From the sequence record OQ718158.1: a DNA stretch of 64,000 bases; one strand, written 5' to 3'. A program made the position numbers and the translations under genes. This document shows positions 57,552-64,000 of the stretch, in pieces; the stretch's first letter is position 1, and the number at the start of each line of letters is the position of its first letter. Origin of the DNA: Escherichia phage vB_Ec-M-J. The notes below the pieces were generated by a model. It was not told the origin of the DNA and did no database searches. It saw only the letters and a program-made list of their open reading frames with translations.

Positions 57552-60215
57552 TTATTGACATGCCTCTAATCTACGTGCCATTAATTCAGCACGGCGTGTA
57601 GTTTGACGATACCAAGCTGAATTTCGAATTTGAGCAGCAGCTTGCTTGTAGTTACCTTTAGCCATTTCAGATAGCATTGACTTAAATTTCATTACACCAC
57701 CTTTACCCATCTGGAATACCATTTGACATAGAACTTGTTGTGCCATGTAAGGTGTTTTCATCTTATAAGAAGCGTAAATGGATTTTGCGTCATATATAGC
57801 CTTACTACTATCACGCACCAACATATCATTGGCTTCCTGTTCGGTAATCCCACCAGAGAAGTTTTCACCACCAACAATCAAGTGACCGTAACCAATAGTT
57901 GGGAATCCACGACTATCCAAATATCTCCAAAATTTGCCATTACGGTAATATCCTTTAGCTTGTTGATACGCCATTGTTCCTTCATATTCTTTCAATTCAG
58001 AAATAAATTGTGAATCACCCGGAACAACTTTCCAATCAATTGCAGTCTTATCAACATTACCCACATTGTATGATTCTTGTGCAGTAGGTACTGGAGTACC
58101 ACCTGAACGTTGTGTTCTTCTACGACGAGGGACATGACGAGAACCACGTTGAGAATACCCAGTACCGATAGTTTTAATTTTAGTTGTTACAACTAATTCA
58201 TCACTATCAACAGAAGGTTGAACAACAGCTTTCGGTGCTGCTTGGTTCGTTGCTTGTCCTGCAATTAATGTTTTATTTCCCGCTTCAGAACCTGTACCAG
58301 TCTGGGATGCATAGAATAATCCAGGGTCAACTGAACCACTAAATCCTAGTACGTTGGCAGAGGTAACTCTTATTTCAAATTGAATAACACCATTAGCTTT
58401 ACCGATAACTTGACCTTTTTGAACAACGTCTTTATTGAGCAAATCTGATTGAATATTATAAAATACAGATTTATATCCAGACTTATGTTGAACCAATAAA
58501 GCACCATTAGTGATAACAACTACACCGCCATCTGGAGCTACAACATCACCCTTGCACTGTATTTCCCAGCCACTTCTATCAGCTTTACCACCACCACTAG
58601 TCGGGACACCTTTCCCCCAATAACCGTATTGGCGAATGGTTCCACTACACGGCATGAACATATGAAGACCTTCATATGTAATGCTATAACCAGTCATACC
58701 AGGATCAGAAGTCATTAAATCTTGTGTTTGAACTTGTTCTGTTTCTGTTGTATAATTTACATATTGAATTGCTTCAGTGTCCTGTACTGGAGCTAAAGTT
58801 GGAGCTACATCATTAGCAGGTTCAGGTTGAACTGGGGATTCACTATTCCCACTACCACCACCTTGACGTGGAGGTTCAACAGTACTGCCGTGATTCTCAG
58901 CATCAACCCAAGCCGATATATCATGTATATGATCATTCAAGCCAGCAGATGGGGTGCGGAAGTTTGGTGCATTAAATTCAGCAGTACCACTATTACCACC
59001 ACTGTTAACAGTAAGAGTTTGACCACCACCACTAATAATAGCTGATGAAGAACCAATAAGATTAGCACTGGTAGCAGCAGAGATTGACGCATTAGAACCA
59101 GCAGTTATATCAGTACTGCTACCACTTTGCATACGTAATGAAGCTGCTGTTACTAAACGTAAATCTGCTCCAGCGTTAATAACAACCTGACCACCAACTT
59201 TAGCATCCAATGCACCAACCAAATCTAGTTTAGTGTTTGCACCAACACGAGCATTGAAGTCTGCTCCACTTTCAATATTATATGAGCGTCCAGCAACCAT
59301 GTTAATATCTTGACCTGCACGAATGTTAATATTCTTATCACAGTGCATTTCAATATCACCTTCACCAGTGAATTTAATACGTGCAGTACCATCACGGTTA
59401 ATTAAAAGAACATCACCAGAGGCTTCAGATAACAACAACTGTGCACCACTACGTGTTTTAATTACAACGCCTTCATTTTTACGAGAACCAACACGAGTAT
59501 CGTTCACTGGGTTATTGAATTGGGTATCCTGATAACCATCTGGATCTTGATCCCAAGTAGGTGCTGTTAATTCTTCTTCTGTGTAACCATCATCAATAAT
59601 AAAACTGTTACCACGAGGTGAGGAAAGACCATAAACAGTACTGGTGGTCTGGCGAGTACTACTACGGTTAGCAACACCCGCTTCCTCATCATAAAGTAAG
59701 TTTTGTTTTTTCAGACCTGCAATAATTGGAACGTTTGCATATTTGTCTTGAGTACTGGTAGAAATTGTATTACGGTCATAATCAGTTACGGGTAATGGCA
59801 TATCAGTACCTGCATAATTGCTTATTTCAGTAGCCATCCCAGGAACCATCGTATTCATACGTTGGTCATAAACACAACCAATCCAATACGCTTGGAATGT
59901 TCTTGCTTGTGCAAATATAACAACAACAGTACATCCGACATCAGGTGGAACCGCCCAAAAACCATATCCCTTTGGATATTGACCATAAGCATCAGCACTT
60001 GGTATCCCTGGAGTTTTACCAGCGAATGGAGACATGTATGATGCTTCAATCCATGACTCTTTTGAATTTTTATCACTTTGTGAACCTTGAATCCACACTT
60101 TTAGCTTACCGGATTTAGTTGGGTCACGGTTATCCATCACGGTTGCTAGTTGTGGATACGAAGGGTCAAAACGACCCAACTGTTGTTGGGCATATTTCTT
60201 ACTTGTATCTGCCAT
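57552..60215 (-). CDS. baseplate central spike / tail-associated lysin (gp5-like) with C-terminal GH24 lysozyme domain
   Basis: N-terminal OB-fold region ...VMDNRDPTKSGKLKVWIQG...FWAVPPDVGCTVVVIF... resembles the gp5/VgrG N-domain; central Gly/Ala/Ser-rich beta-helix-like repeats; C-terminal ~160 aa paralogous to endolysin 57026-57514. Confidence 0.8.
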   Translation of the reverse strand: MADTSKKYAQQQLGRFDPSYPQLATVMDNRDPTKSGKLKVWIQGSQSDKNSKESWIEASYMSPFAGKTPGIPSADAYGQYPKGYGFWAVPPDVGCTVVVIFAQARTFQAYWIGCVYDQRMNTMVPGMATEISNYAGTDMPLPVTDYDRNTISTSTQDKYANVPIIAGLKKQNLLYDEEAGVANRSSTRQTTSTVYGLSSPRGNSFIIDDGYTEEELTAPTWDQDPDGYQDTQFNNPVNDTRVGSRKNEGVVIKTRSGAQLLLSEASGDVLLINRDGTARIKFTGEGDIEMHCDKNINIRAGQDINMVAGRSYNIESGADFNARVGANTKLDLVGALDAKVGGQVVINAGADLRLVTAASLRMQSGSSTDITAGSNASISAATSANLIGSSSAIISGGGQTLTVNSGGNSGTAEFNAPNFRTPSAGLNDHIHDISAWVDAENHGSTVEPPRQGGGSGNSESPVQPEPANDVAPTLAPVQDTEAIQYVNYTTETEQVQTQDLMTSDPGMTGYSITYEGLHMFMPCSGTIRQYGYWGKGVPTSGGGKADRSGWEIQCKGDVVAPDGGVVVITNGALLVQHKSGYKSVFYNIQSDLLNKDVVQKGQVIGKANGVIQFEIRVTSANVLGFSGSVDPGLFYASQTGTGSEAGNKTLIAGQATNQAAPKAVVQPSVDSDELVVTTKIKTIGTGYSQRGSRHVPRRRRTQRSGGTPVPTAQESYNVGNVDKTAIDWKVVPGDSQFISELKEYEGTMAYQQAKGYYRNGKFWRYLDSRGFPTIGYGHLIVGGENFSGGITEQEANDMLVRDSSKAIYDAKSIYASYKMKTPYMAQQVLCQMVFQMGKGGVMKFKSMLSEMAKGNYKQAAAQIRNSAWYRQTTRRAELMARRLEACQ

Positions 60216-60228
60216 CTTAAATTATTCC

Positions 60229-62484
60229 TTATTCAATTATACTATCGTGACGTTTGAGTGCACGAATTACAATTGCAGCCTGAATTTGTTGTGTAAATGA
60301 ACCACCTGCACCAAAATCATGAACAATTTTGTTAACACGATATACAGTTTGGTTAAATGTAGTTGGTGTATTAATATCAAGAACACCAGTATTATCATTT
60401 ATAGAAACCACAGGTTGTAATTTCAATAAAAGATATGCTTCAGATGTAATATAGTTAGCAACATGGTAATCTTCGGGATTAATTTCCATATCTTCCCCAT
60501 TAATTACCTGTTCAAGATATTGGATATATGAATAATCACTCCAACCCAACCAGAATGGGTCACCAACAACACGCATATCCAATTTACACAAGAATGGACG
60601 ATTGTAATAGTTGTCACGAATTTTACGGCGATCCATTTCATATGTGCTACTGTTATCGTTCAATGATGCAGACAATGTTGTTTCATTATTTGTTGCTTCA
60701 GTCGGCATTGTAAACACTTCACCATATCGATGACCAATTCCATCGGTTCCACCGTCATTTTCTTCATATGTGGTTACATAATCTTCAATATACTGTGGTA
60801 GAACGTTTACTTGATAGTTATTATAACGATCCTGTTCTTCAGCATTACCAACTTGCATTTGTTCTTTTGCTAAAGTTTCAACTTGATTGAGTAGTTGTTC
60901 CTGTGCCTGTGTTAACATACCACCAAGATCACGGGTGACGCGTAAATCACTTGTTTTTGCCCATGCATCTGGTATACTGTTGTACTGAACCCCTTGGATA
61001 TTCAATTCTTGGGAGGTGTGAGTACCAGAGTGGTTAGCAACATCCTGTATCGGTCCAGGGTTACGAGTTGTAGCTACAAAGAATTGCTGATCAAACTTCA
61101 AATCAAGGTCTAGAATCTCACTATTGAGTCCACTAAACTGATAATTGTAAGTTTTCATGTTAATCTTTGGTTTTTGGTCATTTGGGTCTACATATTTCTC
61201 GGCATTTTCAAAGAAATACTCAAATGTAAAGTTTTCTGGCTGTAAATCTGATTCATGAACAATATCACCAATTTTAAAACGAACAATATAGAAAACAACT
61301 TTATAAACTGATGTATTTCTGTAATTATCAAATCCAACATATTGTTTAAGCGGGATTATATTAACAAATTGACGAACACTAGTACTATCATCAGCCTGTA
61401 CAGTACAGGTATCTATTACGTCATCGATAATTCGAGAAATTGGAGTACTTGGATTCCATGAAAAGTTTTTAGAACCCTGTGCACCACTTTTTGTAGCTCC
61501 AGCTTCTGCCATCTGTTTAGAATCATAGTTTATAAACAAATCCTGTAAATCTGGGGCAACTTTAAATTCAAAGAACTTCCCTTCTGCTAACTCACCAAAT
61601 TTATAACGCAAATAACCATATTGCTGGTCTGCCATTTGATTCAATTTATCTTCCAAATCAAAACAAAAATCACCAAAGTTTTCTGCTGTGCAGTTAAATG
61701 GTTCTTTAAGAGTCCATTCCACATTATCCACTAGAGCCGCACGGTTATGAACAAGACTCATAGAATACATCATAGTACTACCACTTTGTGATGCACTAGC
61801 GGTAACACTGTTAATCTTCACGGACCATCTACGAGTTGTTTCTGGTATAGTTTCAGGTACACCATTAGTATTGAATCCAATAAATTTCAATTCTAATATC
61901 AAAGGTAAGTCCATGAACTTATGATACCTTAGTTTATTACTTAAAGAAATTAGTTCATCATATAAACTCATACTATTATTTTCTGAAAGGTTCAGTACTG
62001 CTGTGTTGAAGCAATAGTTGGTTGTCATCCCTGGAGTTGAAGGACCAGCTTGCGTCATCTGAACACTTGTGATATTATACTTTCCAGTTACACCACTTTC
62101 AGAGATGACATGACGTTGAACTTCAGCATCTGGGTAAAGCCAGAAGTTTTTGAAATCATCCTTGTCTAATGCGAAAAGGGAAAAGTGCCAAGTTGGATTG
62201 TCATACTTTAACAATTTATTGTCATAAGGAATAACAAACTCACTTAGATCCAAGTCTTCATACACTTGGTCAACGCTTGCACTTTGCTTTGGTAAAGACT
62301 GTACGTTACTAACCTTAGCTTTAAAATTGTTTTTTACTTTTTCAAGATCATTTTGCAAAGTATTAGCAGTGGCTTTTAAGCTTTCAATAGTACTTGTTGC
62401 AGTTTCTTTTGCTGCCTTTGCAGAACTTGTGATGTTTGAAATATCATTTTTAAAATTATCAACAGAACTTTGTAAATCTGCCAT
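60229..62484 (-). CDS. hypothetical baseplate-module protein (751 aa) with N-terminal coiled coil
   Basis: GGAG Shine-Dalgarno; immediately upstream of the gp5-like gene. Confidence 0.65.
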   Translation of the reverse strand: MADLQSSVDNFKNDISNITSSAKAAKETATSTIESLKATANTLQNDLEKVKNNFKAKVSNVQSLPKQSASVDQVYEDLDLSEFVIPYDNKLLKYDNPTWHFSLFALDKDDFKNFWLYPDAEVQRHVISESGVTGKYNITSVQMTQAGPSTPGMTTNYCFNTAVLNLSENNSMSLYDELISLSNKLRYHKFMDLPLILELKFIGFNTNGVPETIPETTRRWSVKINSVTASASQSGSTMMYSMSLVHNRAALVDNVEWTLKEPFNCTAENFGDFCFDLEDKLNQMADQQYGYLRYKFGELAEGKFFEFKVAPDLQDLFINYDSKQMAEAGATKSGAQGSKNFSWNPSTPISRIIDDVIDTCTVQADDSTSVRQFVNIIPLKQYVGFDNYRNTSVYKVVFYIVRFKIGDIVHESDLQPENFTFEYFFENAEKYVDPNDQKPKINMKTYNYQFSGLNSEILDLDLKFDQQFFVATTRNPGPIQDVANHSGTHTSQELNIQGVQYNSIPDAWAKTSDLRVTRDLGGMLTQAQEQLLNQVETLAKEQMQVGNAEEQDRYNNYQVNVLPQYIEDYVTTYEENDGGTDGIGHRYGEVFTMPTEATNNETTLSASLNDNSSTYEMDRRKIRDNYYNRPFLCKLDMRVVGDPFWLGWSDYSYIQYLEQVINGEDMEINPEDYHVANYITSEAYLLLKLQPVVSINDNTGVLDINTPTTFNQTVYRVNKIVHDFGAGGSFTQQIQAAIVIRALKRHDSIIE

Positions 62485-62495
62485 ACTTTACTCCA

Positions 62496-62810
62496 TTAAC
62501 CTATGTTACGAGTACCGTTCAAATAGTTTTGCACTCGTTGATTTGAGGGAACACGAATTGTGATACCACTATTAAAATTGTATATTGGGTCTTCTCCTAA
62601 TATATCAGGATTCAATAGGGCAAATACATAATACAGACGTTCATTACCATACATTTCGTATGCTAAACGCCAAGGTTGATGCTCATACTTCAATGGAATT
62701 ACATAGAAGTCGTCAGTATCAGCAGGAACCATATCACGTGGTAAATTGTAACCAAGATACCACGTTTGTTTAACCTTTGCATAAGGAGAGTATTGACTAT
62801 AATTGGACAT
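62496..62810 (-). CDS. hypothetical protein (104 aa)
   Basis: GGAGG Shine-Dalgarno; start overlaps the upstream stop by 1 nt. Confidence 0.6.
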   Translation of the reverse strand: MSNYSQYSPYAKVKQTWYLGYNLPRDMVPADTDDFYVIPLKYEHQPWRLAYEMYGNERLYYVFALLNPDILGEDPIYNFNSGITIRVPSNQRVQNYLNGTRNIG

Positions 62811-63541
62811 TAGATAAATCCTCCATTACGTAATAGTTCACCACGCTTAAATGCATTTAGGTTGAACTTTTTAGTCATGTAATCAGATGTTGGTTGTTCT
62901 TCAAGTTGAAGCGTTACCGATATTTTCTGTGGAACCCATACCTCATCTTGTGGATTCATATATCCAGTACTTCTAAGCTGTTCGAAGAATTTACGACTAT
63001 CCATATCAGATAAATTAAAAGTACTATCACTACTATTCAATGGAACCTGAATGTAAGAAACATCATTTGGATATGTAAAATTATATGCTTTCAAAATAAC
63101 AGGAATATCATTATATGTATAACGACCATACCCACTTAATAGTAAAATTGGCGGTGGTGCACCTGCAATTGCTAGTTCGGGATTATTAGCAGATGCTGCT
63201 TGACGACCAAAGTCCATTAAGGACACGGAACGAATAAAATGAACACAAGCCAATGCATACATTGCTTCAGCAGCAGTGTTTGCATAAAACTCACCTTGGA
63301 TAGTGAAAATTGTGTTTGTTGTATTCTTGTAGTTGTTGTAGTTACTGTTAGTATGTATAGGGGACTGTGTTTCATATTGAACCGACCTTTGTTCAGTTAC
63401 AGTTGGGGTTACAGTCCAAACCAAACCATTTGTTGGACGCAGAAACGATAGCAATGTTGGCTCTGAACTGTTGCCAAAATCACCATACACATAGTTAGCA
63501 CCTGCGGTTTTAGGTCTTAATCGGATTCTACGATCAATCAT
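62810..63541 (-). CDS. hypothetical baseplate-module protein
   Basis: Track start 63631 is TTG; ATG 63541 has a GGAGA Shine-Dalgarno at 8-nt spacing. Confidence 0.6.
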   Translation of the reverse strand: MIDRRIRLRPKTAGANYVYGDFGNSSEPTLLSFLRPTNGLVWTVTPTVTEQRSVQYETQSPIHTNSNYNNYKNTTNTIFTIQGEFYANTAAEAMYALACVHFIRSVSLMDFGRQAASANNPELAIAGAPPPILLLSGYGRYTYNDIPVILKAYNFTYPNDVSYIQVPLNSSDSTFNLSDMDSRKFFEQLRSTGYMNPQDEVWVPQKISVTLQLEEQPTSDYMTKKFNLNAFKRGELLRNGGFI

Positions 63542-63586
63542 CTTTTTGATTCTCCATAAGAAGGGAACATTTGATGTATTTATACG

Positions 63587-63628
63587 TGGGACAAAGACGT
63601 TTTTGGTGCTATAATAACATTGATGGTA
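63587..63628 (+). promoter_or_regulatory. sigma70-like promoter (GGGACA-N16-TGcTATAAT)
   Basis: Same architecture as the promoter at 14122-14149. Confidence 0.45.
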
Positions 63629-63672
63629 CAAGGAATGTACCTATTGGATTTAAAACATGGAGAGTTGAAATA

Positions 63673-64000
63673 ATGACAAATAGGCCGAAGCGTAAAAAGT
63701 ATCTTAACAATGCTGATTTACTTCGTGAGATACAAAAAAGTAAAATCTCATATTGCTGGTTACTTGATAAGTGCTACAGTATGTACGATTATATCGTTTT
63801 TGATGAATCCGAAATCACAGCAGAACTTTTAGATAAAGCTAAAGCAGCACGTATTAAACGTCTCAACAATGAAATGCTTGATGCAATTCGTGAAAAAGAA
63901 GGTATGAGTGCGAAGAAAGCGAAGGAATACGCAGATGAGCACAATTTAGTACTAACTGATGTACCTATCGATGAGGTGGTTATTCGTGTAATTACCGATG
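63673..64000 (+). CDS. possible late sigma factor (T4 gp55-like); 3' end outside the window
   Basis: ATG 63673 with GGAGA Shine-Dalgarno; open to the window end. N-terminus MTNRPKRKKYLNNADLLREIQ resembles the gp55 N-terminus (...KPKYNYVNNKELLQAII..., recalled from memory). Confidence 0.4.
   Translation, partial: MTNRPKRKKYLNNADLLREIQKSKISYCWLLDKCYSMYDYIVFDESEITAELLDKAKAARIKRLNNEMLDAIREKEGMSAKKAKEYADEHNLVLTDVPIDEVVIRVITD

Noticed and set aside
58500-58800. Possible M23-type peptidase domain in the middle of the gp5-like spike.
   Set aside because: I could not find the HxxxD and HxH zinc-binding motifs of M23 peptidases in that region, so only the lysozyme and OB/beta-helix parts are called.
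63657-63668. Three-codon upstream ORF (ATG GAG AGT TGA) overlapping the Shine-Dalgarno of the gp55-like gene.
   Set aside because: Most likely a coincidence of the GGAGA ribosome-binding site; no evidence for a regulatory role.

Overview
This 64-kb window reads as part of a large, AT-rich, T4-related contractile-tailed phage (myovirus) genome. Protein calls rest on motifs I recognise by eye; no database search was run. From left to right: (1) a tail sheath gene (5' end probably outside the window) followed by two paralogous tail-tube-like genes and a run of small, mostly acidic proteins (1-10944); (2) an early-looking block driven by near-consensus extended -10 sigma70 promoters, encoding a MoxR/CobS-like AAA+ ATPase, a vWA-domain protein with an HExxH metallopeptidase motif, a DprA/SLOG-like Rossmann protein and thymidylate synthase (10945-16598); (3) an ~18-kb minus-strand block of tail-fibre and tailspike genes (16631-34884), including two giant repetitive fibre paralogs, one of them split by a frameshift, and a pectate-lyase-type depolymerase split at an A8 homopolymer; (4) three unknown plus-strand genes, a Nudix hydrolase, two unknown minus-strand genes and a ClpA-like unfoldase (34994-42965); (5) a minus-strand baseplate module with a 3333-aa giant protein, a gp6-like wedge protein, a gp25-like protein, an endolysin and a gp5-like spike/lysin that carries a paralogous lysozyme domain (42999-63541); (6) the start of a possible gp55-like late sigma factor (63673-end). 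A recurring TAAATA-N2-GTATA motif upstream of structural genes looks like a late promoter. No tRNA, rRNA, CRISPR array or transposase was recognised. The most interesting candidates are the MoxR/vWA-peptidase pair under tandem strong promoters and the two frameshift-split receptor-binding genes.
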